Source of the DNA: Rhodobacterales bacterium
GTDB lineage: Bacteria > Pseudomonadota > Alphaproteobacteria > Rhodobacterales > Rhodobacteraceae
Length of the DNA stretch: 62,322 bases
Reading direction: 5' to 3'
Assembly: GCA_043751715.1 (NCBI GenBank)
Contig: JAYUZO010000084.1
Coordinates: 1 to 62,322 of the forward strand
The notes beneath the pieces were generated by a model. The model was not told the origin of the DNA. It did no database searches and saw only the letters and a program-made list of their open reading frames with translations. Positions within the stretch are counted from its first letter, which is position 1; each line of letters starts with the position of its first letter. Position numbers and translations under genes: made by a program. This document shows, piece after piece, positions 52,549 through 62,322 of this stretch.

Positions 52549-53163
52549 CTATTGGTCGGGCGGCAGCAATCCCAGCCCCCGCAGATAGATGCCAATGCCG
52601 GTTTCCAGCAGTTCCTCGGCGGCAAAGGGTGATTGCGCGCCGGGTTTGCCGCGGGTGAACAATTCGACCACGCCATGTGACATGGCCCAGATATGGGCAG
52701 AAAACATGCTGGGCGGTGGGCGCTTGGCGGCCGGGATATGTTCGGCCAGTTGCATCGCGGCCTGTTCCAGCACCTGGCGCGCGCGGGCGGCGACGAGTGC
52801 AAGATCGGGGTAGGTGTTCAACGACAACCCACTTTCGAACATCGCCTTGTAGTGGCCGGGGTATTTGCGGGCAAAGGCAAGGTAGGCACGACCCGTCGCT
52901 TCGAATGCCGCAAGGGAGGATGGTTGTCCGTCATTATAGGCAAATTCCATCAGGGCGGCAAAGATATCATAGCCCTGCCGCGCCACCTCGGCGATCAGAT
53001 CATCACGGCCCGCGAAATGGCGGTAGACGGCGGCGGGTGTGACATCGGCGGTCTTTGCCGCCTCGGACAGTGAAAATCCCTGAGGACCGCTTTGTTCAAT
53101 CAGATGCAGGGCGGCATCAACAAGTGCCTGCCGCAGATTGCCATGGTGATAGCCGCGTTTCAA
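52549..53163 (-). CDS. TetR/AcrR family transcriptional regulator
   Basis: 204 aa. The TTG start overlaps the ppk2 stop (TTGA). HTH: [21 protein letters not shown]. Confidence 0.85.
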   Translation of the reverse strand: MKRGYHHGNLRQALVDAALHLIEQSGPQGFSLSEAAKTADVTPAAVYRHFAGRDDLIAEVARQGYDIFAALMEFAYNDGQPSSLAAFEATGRAYLAFARKYPGHYKAMFESGLSLNTYPDLALVAARARQVLEQAAMQLAEHIPAAKRPPPSMFSAHIWAMSHGVVELFTRGKPGAQSPFAAEELLETGIGIYLRGLGLLPPDQ

Positions 53164-54032
53164 CTTTCCTGCCGCAGTTTCGGGCCACCGCAGATTTTGC
53201 GGTCTACCTTGCCGATCACACCTTCGTCTTTGCCGACATAATCCACCGCGTGCAGCAAGGTCTGAATCGCGGCGATGCGCGCGCGTTTCTTGTCATCTGA
53301 CAGGATCACCGTCCAAGGCGCTGTTTTGGAATGGCTATTCGCCAATGTCTCATCAATTGCGGCGGTGTAATCATCCCATTTTCCAAGGCCATCAATATCA
53401 ATCTGGCTCAGCTTCCATTGCTTCAGCGGATCACTTTCACGGTCCAGAAACCGCTGCAACTGGGCGGCGCGGCCCACCTCAAGCCAGAATTTGACCAGCA
53501 CGATGCCGTCATCCACGATCATGCTTTCGAACGCGGGCAGTTGGCGAAAGAACGCGGCGCGCTGTTCGGGTTTGCAGAAGCCAAACACATGTTCAACGAT
53601 GCCGCGGTTATACCAGCTGCGGTCAAACAGGGTGATTTCGCCCTTTGCCGGCAGCCAATCGACATAGCGTTGAAAATACCACTGCGCGGCCTCACGGTCT
53701 GATGGTTTTGACAGCGCCACCACGCTTGCCACACGCGGGTTCAGGTTCATGCGCATGGCGTCAATCGTGCCGCCCTTGCCAGCGGCATCACGGCCTTCAA
53801 ACACCGCAATGATGCGTTTGCCGGTGGCCTTGACGTCGGCCTGCAAGCGCGCGAGCTGAATTTGCAGCGCTTCCAGATGCGCCTCATAGTCCTTGCGCTT
53901 TATCTCTTCGCGGTAGGGATAGGCGGGGTTCAGGATTGTGTCACTATCAGCCTTTTCAATGGCCTGCCGCACAGCCTTGGGCGCGCCTTCGCGGAAATAG
54001 CGGCTGATCGCGCCGTCAAATGGCAGGTCCAT
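53160..54032 (-). CDS. ppk2: Polyphosphate kinase 2 (PPK2), single-domain
   Basis: 290 aa with the Walker A-like motif [13 protein letters not shown], plus [15 protein letters not shown] and the family lid motifs. Confidence 0.85.
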   Translation of the reverse strand: MDLPFDGAISRYFREGAPKAVRQAIEKADSDTILNPAYPYREEIKRKDYEAHLEALQIQLARLQADVKATGKRIIAVFEGRDAAGKGGTIDAMRMNLNPRVASVVALSKPSDREAAQWYFQRYVDWLPAKGEITLFDRSWYNRGIVEHVFGFCKPEQRAAFFRQLPAFESMIVDDGIVLVKFWLEVGRAAQLQRFLDRESDPLKQWKLSQIDIDGLGKWDDYTAAIDETLANSHSKTAPWTVILSDDKKRARIAAIQTLLHAVDYVGKDEGVIGKVDRKICGGPKLRQES

Positions 54033-54095
54033 GGTGTTTTCCCCCGGTGATGTGATGCGCAGTATGGCGATTGCGGCGGTCAGCGCAATTGCGAG

Positions 54096-55055
54096 TTAGG
54101 GCAATGGGGCGCGGGCAGCGGCACGGTCAATCGCCGCAATCACCGCAGCCTGCGCGGTCTGGTGGATGCCGTGGCCTGCACCGGGCTGGATGTTTAGATG
54201 GGCATTGGGCAGCAGTTGTGACAGCGGAATGCTGTGCACCGATGCCGGAACAATTGTATCGGTGTCACCATGGACCAGCTCTATGGGCAGGGTCAGCGCA
54301 GTGTAGCGGGCAGATTGGGCGATGATATGGGGCTTTAATTCGGCCACCTGTGCGGAATTGGCATGCAATGATGCGCGGCGCATGGTCAGGGGCGCGCCGA
54401 TATAATCAATATAGCCGGCGGGTGCGGCCTCTGGTGCGAAGATGCCGGTGATTGACGCTTCAACCGTGCCCATGCCGGCAAAAGCACTGATCAAGGGCAC
54501 CACGGTATGCGCGCCAACAGCATTGCCCATGACATTATGCATGAACCAGATCGAGCCGTCCCACGGCATGCTGGCGGCCGCGATCAGCACAAGCGCCCTT
54601 GTATCGGGTGCGTCCAATGCCCAGGCAAGGGCAACCGCGCCGCCATAGCTGTGACCCAGCACGATGGGGGTGGTCACGTCCAGTTGGGCCGCCGCCGCGC
54701 GCAGATGGGCGGCCTGATCGGCGGGGCTGTCATGGGCGGCGGGCAGCGCGTCTGACCAGCCCAGACCGGGGCGGTCAAAGGCGATGACGCGGTAACGGTC
54801 AGTCAGCTGGGGGATCAGGGTAAAGGTGAAATCGCGCAGGTTGCCGCTGGCCCCGTGGATCAGGATCAGGTCAGGGCCGGTGCCCGCCACAAAGGCATGG
54901 ACCCGCAGGCCATCAACGGTAACGATCTGACCCAAGGGCGGAAAAGCGGCCTCGGCCGCCGCCTCACGGGCTGCGGCGCGGCGGTCAACGGTGAAAACGC
55001 CGCCCGCAAGGGCCGCGAGGAGGGTGGCGCTAAGAACCGATCTGGGCGATATCAT
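54096..55055 (-). CDS. Alpha/beta-fold hydrolase, probably exported
   Basis: The nucleophile elbow is GHSYGG, with a preceding HG motif (LIHGASGN) and an N-terminal hydrophobic segment. The start is uncertain (55055, 55079 or 55109), and every option overlaps the 3' end of metA. Confidence 0.7.
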   Translation of the reverse strand: MISPRSVLSATLLAALAGGVFTVDRRAAAREAAAEAAFPPLGQIVTVDGLRVHAFVAGTGPDLILIHGASGNLRDFTFTLIPQLTDRYRVIAFDRPGLGWSDALPAAHDSPADQAAHLRAAAAQLDVTTPIVLGHSYGGAVALAWALDAPDTRALVLIAAASMPWDGSIWFMHNVMGNAVGAHTVVPLISAFAGMGTVEASITGIFAPEAAPAGYIDYIGAPLTMRRASLHANSAQVAELKPHIIAQSARYTALTLPIELVHGDTDTIVPASVHSIPLSQLLPNAHLNIQPGAGHGIHQTAQAAVIAAIDRAAARAPLP

Positions 55056-55947
55056 ATGGTGTCGATTGGTAAATTTCATTGATCCAGTTGCCATATAGAA
55101 GGTGGGCATGGCTGCGCCAGCGGTTCAGGGGCGGGTTCAACGGATTGTCATCGGGGAAATAGTTCATCGGCACGTTGATGGCGGTGCCTGCGTTATGGTC
55201 ACGGTCATATTCCTGTTTCAGCGTGTCACTGTCATATTCAAAGTGGTTGAAAATATACAGCGCACGGTGGGCCGCATCCTCGACCAGACAGGGGCCAACC
55301 TCATCTGACCCCAGTAGGGTCTGCAGGCCGGGCGCTGCGGCAATTTCGGCCTGTTTCATTTCGGTCCAGCGTGAAACAGGGATCACAAAATCATCGGAAA
55401 AGCCGCGCAGATAGGGCGAGGTGGGCGCAAGGTTGCGGTGGCGAAAGCAGCCAAAGGCCTTGGCGGGCAGCATGTGTTTCTGCACGCCGTGGAAATGGTT
55501 GATCATCGCCATGCCGCCCCAGCAGACACCAAAGGTGGATTGCACGTTGGTCTGGGTCCAATCCATGACCTCACACAGTTCATCCCAATACGTTACCTCT
55601 TCGAATGGCAGATGTTCGATGGGCGCGCCAGTAATGATCAGGCCATCAAACTTTTCGGCGCGCACGTCCTGAAACGGGCGGTAGAATGACGCCATGTGTT
55701 CGGCAGCGGTGGTTTTGGTCTGATGTTCAGACATGCGGATCAGGTGCAGGTCAATCTGCAACGGCGTGGCGCCGATCAGGCGGGCAAACTGATTTTCCGT
55801 CTGAATCTTTTTTGGCATCAGGTTCAAAAGACCAATGCGCAGCGGGCGGATTTCCTGCGTGGCGGCGCGTTCGGGTGACATGACCATGACGCCTTCGCGC
55901 GACAGCACGTCATAGGCAGGCAGGGATGGGGGCAGGGTAATGGGCAT
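55030..55947 (-). CDS. metA: Homoserine O-acyltransferase, MetA family (O-acetyl or O-succinyl)
   Basis: 305 aa. [15 protein letters not shown] ... [10 protein letters not shown] ... FGVCWGGMA are classic MetA motifs. Confidence 0.9.
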   Translation of the reverse strand: MPITLPPSLPAYDVLSREGVMVMSPERAATQEIRPLRIGLLNLMPKKIQTENQFARLIGATPLQIDLHLIRMSEHQTKTTAAEHMASFYRPFQDVRAEKFDGLIITGAPIEHLPFEEVTYWDELCEVMDWTQTNVQSTFGVCWGGMAMINHFHGVQKHMLPAKAFGCFRHRNLAPTSPYLRGFSDDFVIPVSRWTEMKQAEIAAAPGLQTLLGSDEVGPCLVEDAAHRALYIFNHFEYDSDTLKQEYDRDHNAGTAINVPMNYFPDDNPLNPPLNRWRSHAHLLYGNWINEIYQSTPYDIAQIGS

Positions 55948-55956
55948 GATGTGCAG

Positions 55957-56826
55957 CTATGCGCCGGTTGTGCGGCGGTCAAGGGCGGCGGCGATCAGGT
56001 GATCAAACCCTTTGGCATCGGTAACGTTTGCAACGTCTTCTGCGGTGATCGTCACACCCCAGCGGGCCATCGCGGCATAGCGCGGCTGGCGGTGGTTCAG
56101 CAAGCGGGCATAGGCAAAGCGCAGGAAGGTGTCCGGATCAACCTGTTCTGCGGGTTTGGCTTGCTGCGCCAGATATTCGCCCCAGACCTGCGCCAGAAAG
56201 GCGGGCTGGTAATAAATCGGCTTAGGCGCGCGGTCAAACCTGCGGATCAGCGCATCACGGTGGGCATCTGACCCTTTGATCCAGACCATCAGCATGTCGG
56301 ACGCAAGGGCTGTCATCACCGGATCAGCGGGGTCATCAGGGTTTGCCACCTCACAGATCGACCCGCCGCTGTCACAGACAAAGTTGGCATAGCCGTACAG
56401 ATCAGCGGCGCGGGTAATGAAGTGGCGGGTATCCAGAAGCGCTGCAATTTCGGCATCGCGGTGCTGGGTCTGACGGCGGCAATATTCGGCAAACGGCAGG
56501 CCACCACGGGCAGGATCACCGGGTTTGCCAAGGTAAGTGGAAAGGGGGGCAAGGTTATCAAACGTGATGTTTGAACTGATATAGACCGAATCCGTCATCA
56601 ATAGTTCGCGCAGCAACGGGATTTTCATCGCCTCACGCTTAAAATTGTCAGCAATGAATTCGCCCATGTAGCGCGTGCCAATGCGGTAATCGACGCTGTA
56701 GTGAAACCACCCCGCATCATCGCGCAGCATGCTGGAGACATGGGTTTTGCCTAGGCCGGACATGCCGAACAACAGCACGCGCCTGGATTTGCTTGCCTGC
56801 CATTCTGCACTGGATTGGTAGATCAT
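55957..56826 (-). CDS. P-loop NTPase of unknown function
   Basis: Walker A is LLFGMSGLGKTH near the N-terminus. The start is ATG 56826 (AGGCGG 7 nt upstream) or GTG 56832. It ends 9 nt before metA. No characterised family recognised. Confidence 0.65.
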   Translation of the reverse strand: MIYQSSAEWQASKSRRVLLFGMSGLGKTHVSSMLRDDAGWFHYSVDYRIGTRYMGEFIADNFKREAMKIPLLRELLMTDSVYISSNITFDNLAPLSTYLGKPGDPARGGLPFAEYCRRQTQHRDAEIAALLDTRHFITRAADLYGYANFVCDSGGSICEVANPDDPADPVMTALASDMLMVWIKGSDAHRDALIRRFDRAPKPIYYQPAFLAQVWGEYLAQQAKPAEQVDPDTFLRFAYARLLNHRQPRYAAMARWGVTITAEDVANVTDAKGFDHLIAAALDRRTTGA

Positions 56827-56880
56827 TTGCACACCGCCTTTGGGCTTGTGTTAGCGGGGCGGGCGCGGGTTTTCACGCGG

Positions 56881-56909
56881 AAAATGAAAACCCCGCCAGA
56901 ACGGCGGGG
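56881..56909 (-). terminator. Rho-independent terminator after the FadL-like gene
   Basis: Stem CCCCGCC / GGCGGGG (56891-56909, 5-nt loop), followed on the - strand by TTTTCATTTT. Confidence 0.65.
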
Positions 56910-56938
56910 CTTTGTGGTTTTGCGGATGGCAGCCAAGA

Positions 56939-58045
56939 TCAGAACGTGTAACCGACCTTGATGCCAAGGCCGAGGGCAGAGTTGCCGGTGAACTGCGCAT
57001 TGGCAACACCGGGCGCCAGCGGGCTTTCCAGAGCGCCCGCATTACCGATATCGACATAGCGCACGCCACCGGTGATCTTCATGTTGCCGCTGGTATAGGT
57101 CGCACCCACGCCGATGCTGACATAGCCATCAGTAGGTGACAGGTTCTGCTGCACGCCACCGCCCGCCTTTTCATAGCCAATGGACACTGCACCTGACCAC
57201 TGATCGTTGAATTTGCGCCCGACACCGATGTTGTAGGTGATCGTATCATTATCATAGCCAACCAGCGGGTTCAGCGGATAGGCTGGTGCGTTCAGTTCGG
57301 TCGATGTCCAGTCAGCCCAGCGAATGGAGCCGAACACCAGCGTGTTGGCAGCAACACCCGACTGGAAATCGAGCGTCACGGATTGCGGCAGTTCAACCTC
57401 GGGGTAGATCGCGGCAGGCACGGGGCCGCCAAATACCGTGGTGTCAAGGGTGTGCTTGGTGGCCGACTGATAGGTCAGCGCCACACGCAGGGCGATTTCA
57501 GGCTTTTCGAACGCGGCCCCGACCAGATATCCAAGATCACGCTGCGTATCGAATGACGCCTGATAAAGTGGCGCACCACCGTTGAAAATGGCAACATTGC
57601 CACCAACGCTGACCGACCGCAAACCGGCATGCGCCGAAAAGCTTTCGCTGAACTTGTAGCGCCCGATCAGTGACAGCGTATCGCCGTTCAGTTCGGCATT
57701 GGTGCCACGGATCGGATACGGGCCGGGACCGGGTGATGGGTTTGGATAGGCAATATCCGCGCCAAAGGTCGGGTCAACCGACAGACCAAGTGAGATTTTT
57801 TCGTTCAGGTCGGTCTTGATGGCAAAACCCAGCTGGCGATAGGTCGGCGACACATCGCCCGACGGGGCCAGACCACCACCAGCCGCACCTTCTACCTTTG
57901 GCGACACGATCCCAAAGCTCAGTTCGGCATAGTTGCCCCGTTCGAACATGAACCCGACCGGGTTGCCCGACCGTTCAAATCCACCGGCAAACGCGCCGCT
58001 TGCAATCAGCGTGGCCGCACTGGCCGTCAGCAGTAACTTTGTCAT
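56939..58045 (-). CDS. Outer-membrane hydrophobic-compound channel (OmpP1/FadL/TodX family)
   Basis: ATG at 58045 (MTKLLLTASAATLIASGAFAGGFERSG, signal peptide). It has alternating beta-strand character and a C-terminal ...GIKVGYTF ending in Phe. Confidence 0.75.
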   Translation of the reverse strand: MTKLLLTASAATLIASGAFAGGFERSGNPVGFMFERGNYAELSFGIVSPKVEGAAGGGLAPSGDVSPTYRQLGFAIKTDLNEKISLGLSVDPTFGADIAYPNPSPGPGPYPIRGTNAELNGDTLSLIGRYKFSESFSAHAGLRSVSVGGNVAIFNGGAPLYQASFDTQRDLGYLVGAAFEKPEIALRVALTYQSATKHTLDTTVFGGPVPAAIYPEVELPQSVTLDFQSGVAANTLVFGSIRWADWTSTELNAPAYPLNPLVGYDNDTITYNIGVGRKFNDQWSGAVSIGYEKAGGGVQQNLSPTDGYVSIGVGATYTSGNMKITGGVRYVDIGNAGALESPLAPGVANAQFTGNSALGLGIKVGYTF

Positions 58046-58320
58046 TGGTCTTCCTCCCCGAAGACGTCGGCCACCGCAGTACGCGCGCCAGACTACATGA
58101 AAAAACGCTAGCAACGCGCGCTACATCCGGTCAATCAATTACGCGGCGTCACGGATAATTGACCTTACGAACGTTGCGTTTTGATCCGTGCGCATCTGTT
58201 GCGCCAACATCCTGCTGGTCGAAAATTCCACCTTGCAATGTGGTGCGGACTCCCTAAGTTTGCGTCACAGGTCACGTCAGATGGCCGTCTCGACAGTGTG
58301 GAGGAGTTACCCTGCAAGTC

Positions 58321-58851
58321 TTGCTTCGCATTGCTGGTGCGATTGACCGCATCAGCTGGTTTTTTGGTATTGTTGCCGCAGCATTGGTGCTGGTGAGCAG
58401 TCTTATCAGCGCAGGAAATGCGTTGTCGCGCTATGCGTTTGATTACAGTTCTAACGCCTGGCTGGAAATTCAATGGCAGATGTTTGCAGGCATTTTTCTG
58501 CTTGGCGCCGCACAGGTGCTAAAGCTGAACGAACATGTGCGGGTTGATATCCTTTACATGGGGCGCACGCAGCGCGCCAAGCTGTGGATCGACGTATTCG
58601 GTCTGGTCTTTTTTCTGATCCCGGTCTGCGGGATGATGGTCTGGATGGGGGAATTTTTCTTTCAGGACAGCTTTGAAGTACGTGAGATTTCGGCCTCGGC
58701 TGGGGGATTGCCTTTATGGCCGGTCAAGGCGCTGCTGCCGTTCGGGTTTTTCCTCCTGTTGCTGCAGGGCATTGCCGAACTGATCAAGCGGATCGCAGGC
58801 CTGCAGGGCGACCCCCGGTTTCAGACCGCCTATGAAAAGCCGCTGCAGTGA
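58321..58851 (+). CDS. TRAP transporter small permease (DctQ family)
   Basis: 176 aa, four TM segments, typical N-terminus (IDRISWFFGIVAAALVL). The ORF starts with TTG at 58321. GGAGGAG lies 14 nt upstream, so the exact start is uncertain. Confidence 0.8.
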   Translation: MLRIAGAIDRISWFFGIVAAALVLVSSLISAGNALSRYAFDYSSNAWLEIQWQMFAGIFLLGAAQVLKLNEHVRVDILYMGRTQRAKLWIDVFGLVFFLIPVCGMMVWMGEFFFQDSFEVREISASAGGLPLWPVKALLPFGFFLLLLQGIAELIKRIAGLQGDPRFQTAYEKPLQ

Positions 58852-58876
58852 CGGATCAACCAGGGGCGGGTAAGCC

Positions 58877-60298
58877 ATGCTAGAATACGGATACCTTGCG
58901 CCCGCCATGTTCGCAGGCCTGATCGTGTTTCTGCTGCTGGGCTTTCCCGTGGCATTTTCCCTGTCGGCACTTGGGCTGTTCTTTGGCTTTATCGCCATCG
59001 AGATCGGCTATTTCGATTTCGCGTTTCTGCAAGCCATGCCCTACCGGGTGTTCGGTATCATGTCGAATGACCTGCTGCTTGCGATTCCGTTCTTTACCTT
59101 CATGGGCGTGATCCTTGAAAAATCGGGGCTGGCCGAGGATCTGCTGGAAGGCGTGGGGCAGGCGTTCGGGTCCATCCCCGGCGGGCTTGCCTATGCGGTG
59201 ATCTTTGTGGGGGCGATCCTTGGGGCGATCACGGGCACGGTCGCGGCAAGCGTAATTGCCATGGGCATGATCAGCCTGCCGATCATGATGAAATACGGCT
59301 ATGACATGAAGATTGGTACCGGGGTGATTGCGGCATCGGGTACGATCACGCAGGTCATTCCGCCCTCATTGGTGCTGATCGTGTTGGCAGATCAGCTGGG
59401 CGTGCCTGTGGGCGAAATGTATCTGGGGGCTATCGGGCCATCGCTGATGCAGGTGGCGTTGTTCACGGTGTTCATCTTTCTGGTGGCGACGTTTCAGCCG
59501 CACAAGGTGCCTGCCTTGCCACCTGAGGCGCGCACGCTGCGGGGCTGGGCACTGGCGTCGAAGGTGGCATGGGGCATGGTGCCATCGCTTGTGCTGATCT
59601 TTCTGGTGCTGGGCACGATCTTTGCCGGGCTTGCCACGCCGACCGAAGCGGGGGCGATGGGCGTGGTGGGGGCGATTGTGCTGGCCATCTTGCATCGGCG
59701 GTTCAGTGCTGCGCTGCTGTGGGATGCGATGGACCAGACGATGCGGATCAGTGCGATGGTGCTGTTCATTTTGCTAGGGGCCACGGTGTTCAGCCTGGTG
59801 TTTCAGGGTGTGAATGGAAGCCGCTGGATTGAACATCTGCTGTCGGGCATTCCGGGCGGGCAGATCGGATTTCTGATCTTTGTGAACCTGTTCATCTTCT
59901 TTCTGGCGTTCTTCCTCGATTTCTTTGAAATCGTGTTCATCGTGGTGCCTTTGCTGGTGCCGGTGGCAGTATCACTGGACATTGACCTGGTGTGGTTTGG
60001 TCTGCTGCTGTGCGTGAACATGCAGACTGCCTTTATGCACCCGCCTTTCGGCTTTGCGCTGTTCTATCTGCGCGGGATTGCACCACCCGAGGTGAAAAGC
60101 CGTGACATTTATCTGGGGTCAATTCCGTGGATCGGGTTGCAGTTGATACTTGTGGGCATCCTGATCTTCTGGCCGGAAAGCGTGACCTACTGGATTGGCG
60201 AAGAGGTGCTGCTGGACGATTCCGCAGTGCAGAATGCACTTGATAATCTGATCATGCCGGATGTCGCGCCGCCGACGCTTGATCTCAACCTAGATTAA
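58877..60298 (+). CDS. TRAP transporter large permease (DctM family)
   Basis: 473 aa and highly hydrophobic, with the DctM-like pattern throughout. Confidence 0.88.
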   Translation: MLEYGYLAPAMFAGLIVFLLLGFPVAFSLSALGLFFGFIAIEIGYFDFAFLQAMPYRVFGIMSNDLLLAIPFFTFMGVILEKSGLAEDLLEGVGQAFGSIPGGLAYAVIFVGAILGAITGTVAASVIAMGMISLPIMMKYGYDMKIGTGVIAASGTITQVIPPSLVLIVLADQLGVPVGEMYLGAIGPSLMQVALFTVFIFLVATFQPHKVPALPPEARTLRGWALASKVAWGMVPSLVLIFLVLGTIFAGLATPTEAGAMGVVGAIVLAILHRRFSAALLWDAMDQTMRISAMVLFILLGATVFSLVFQGVNGSRWIEHLLSGIPGGQIGFLIFVNLFIFFLAFFLDFFEIVFIVVPLLVPVAVSLDIDLVWFGLLLCVNMQTAFMHPPFGFALFYLRGIAPPEVKSRDIYLGSIPWIGLQLILVGILIFWPESVTYWIGEEVLLDDSAVQNALDNLIMPDVAPPTLDLNLD

Positions 60299-61420
<1,122 letters not shown>

Positions 61421-61537
61421 TGGCGTTGGTTTGCAAGGGGGCGCTCATCATTCCCTTACGGTCGTTCTTCGCTTGACAACACAGCGAGGCGCGACCGGCA
61501 GGAAGCAATTTGCGGGCCGTTGCAGGCATGCAAAGCA

Positions 61538-61570
61538 ACACAGGGCGGGTCCGGTTGACCCGCCCTGTGT
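61538..61570. terminator. 14-bp perfect hairpin between convergent TRAP and DMT genes
   Basis: ACACAGGGCGGGTC / GACCCGCCCTGTGT (61538-61551 / 61557-61570, 5-nt loop) abuts the stop of the - strand gene. The T-tracts are weak. Confidence 0.45.
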
Positions 61571-62322
61571 CATTTGGCCCGCGCATAGTGCAGGTTGACC
61601 CAGTTGCCGGCAAATATGATTGCGCCGCCCGCGATGACCCATGGATCAATCGGTTCGGCATAGGCAAATGCTGCCACCACGGCGATCAGCGGCAGGCGCA
61701 GAAAATCCACCGGCACAACCGCACTGGCCGGGGCCAGCGACAGGGCGGTGGTCAGGCACAGATGGGCGGTCACACCGCCAACACCGATCAGGGCCAGCCA
61801 TGGCAGCGTTTGCGCATTTGGCCAGTGCACCTGCCCATCCCAGAACGCGCAGATCAGGCCCAGCACCGATTGCATGCCTGTCAGCCAGAACAGGATCGAC
61901 ACGCTACTTTCGCCCCGTGTCAGCGCCTTGGTCATCAGCACGGTGGCCGCAAAGAAAATGGCACTGGCAGCGGCGGTGATGGTGCCAGCGTTCAGGTGGG
62001 TAAAGTCGGGCCGGGTCACGATCAGGATACCGGCAAAGCCCATGGCGGCCGCAATGATGCGGGGCGGGGTCAGCCGTTCACCAAGCACAAGCGGCGACAG
62101 CATAATAACCCAGATCGGTGAAGTGAACTCCAATGCAAACACCTGTGCCAGCGGGATCAGGGTGATGGCGTAAAACCACAGGTTCTGCCCGGTGAAATGC
62201 AACAGATTGCGCAGGACATGCTGCCCCAGCCTGTCGCGCCTGATGTCACCCAAGCGCCCCAAGGCACCCGCCACAATCAGCACCAGCACCAGCCCGATCA
62301 GGGACCGCGTGGCCATAATCTC
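61570..62322 (-). CDS. DMT superfamily (EamA-like) transporter, 5' end probably outside the window
   Basis: The frame is open from the stop at 61570 to the window edge. Repeated hydrophobic helices are typical of EamA domains. The internal Met at 62316 may not be the true start. Confidence 0.75.
   Translation of the reverse strand, partial: EIMATRSLIGLVLVLIVAGALGRLGDIRRDRLGQHVLRNLLHFTGQNLWFYAITLIPLAQVFALEFTSPIWVIMLSPLVLGERLTPPRIIAAAMGFAGILIVTRPDFTHLNAGTITAAASAIFFAATVLMTKALTRGESSVSILFWLTGMQSVLGLICAFWDGQVHWPNAQTLPWLALIGVGGVTAHLCLTTALSLAPASAVVPVDFLRLPLIAVVAAFAYAEPIDPWVIAGGAIIFAGNWVNLHYARAK

Noticed and set aside
51273-52802. 509-aa ORF on the minus strand
   Set aside because: It is antisense to the ABC ATPase gene (Walker A, signature and Walker B all on the + strand). 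It has an Arg/His/Pro-rich composition and no domain pattern.
56833-56938. SAM-II (metA-type) riboswitch or attenuator upstream of the NTPase-metA operon
   Set aside because: Two mutually exclusive hairpins exist (56867-56893 and 56891-56909). On the coding (-) strand the terminator comes first, so it is best read as the fadL-like gene terminator. I could not recognise the SAM-II pseudoknot consensus by eye. An Rfam cmsearch (RF00521) would settle it.
58129-58164. Inverted repeat GGTCAAT-N22-ATTGACC between the fadL-like gene and the TRAP operon
   Set aside because: The arms are only 7 bp, widely spaced and AT-rich, and no regulator gene is nearby. It is too weak to call an operator.

Overview
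This is a 62.3-kb, high-GC chromosomal segment. Gene content and synteny suggest a marine Rhodobacterales (roseobacter-type) alphaproteobacterium, which is an inference. I support about 60 protein genes, two tRNAs (Gly-CCC and Gln-UUG), several intrinsic terminators and a few candidate regulatory sites and sRNAs. I saw no rRNA, CRISPR array, IS/transposase, phage genes or obvious pseudogenes. Housekeeping backbone: zwf-pgl-pgi, bdhA, rplM-rpsI, aroK-aroB, xerD, kdsA, metA, rlmE, a Ppx/GppA phosphatase, PPK2, an LdtD/MepK-like cell-wall pair, a TRAP transporter and an ABC importer. More accessory content: two RTX-repeat proteins (one fused to a CAP domain), an OafA-type acyltransferase and a sulfotransferase next to tRNA-Gly, kpsT-kpsE, and an AHL-lactonase-like MBL hydrolase next to tRNA-Gln. 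I cannot point to one unequivocal new system. The best candidates for under-described biology are listed here. (1) A tightly coupled PF13769-like / MetF-like / pterin-methyltransferase / cupin / RamA-RACo-like cluster that lacks its corrinoid protein and substrate methyltransferase. (2) A SigK/RskA-type ECF sigma pair directly abutting that cluster, with a fasciclin gene, followed by two tandem secreted vWA paralogs separated by 15-bp tandem repeats. (3) An LpxD-like N-acyltransferase with its own ACP and ketosynthase. (4) Structured intergenic regions with promoter-plus-terminator architecture suggestive of small RNAs (2.2-2.4 kb and 30.7-31.1 kb). All family calls are from reading the translated ORFs by eye and need HMM/BLAST confirmation.
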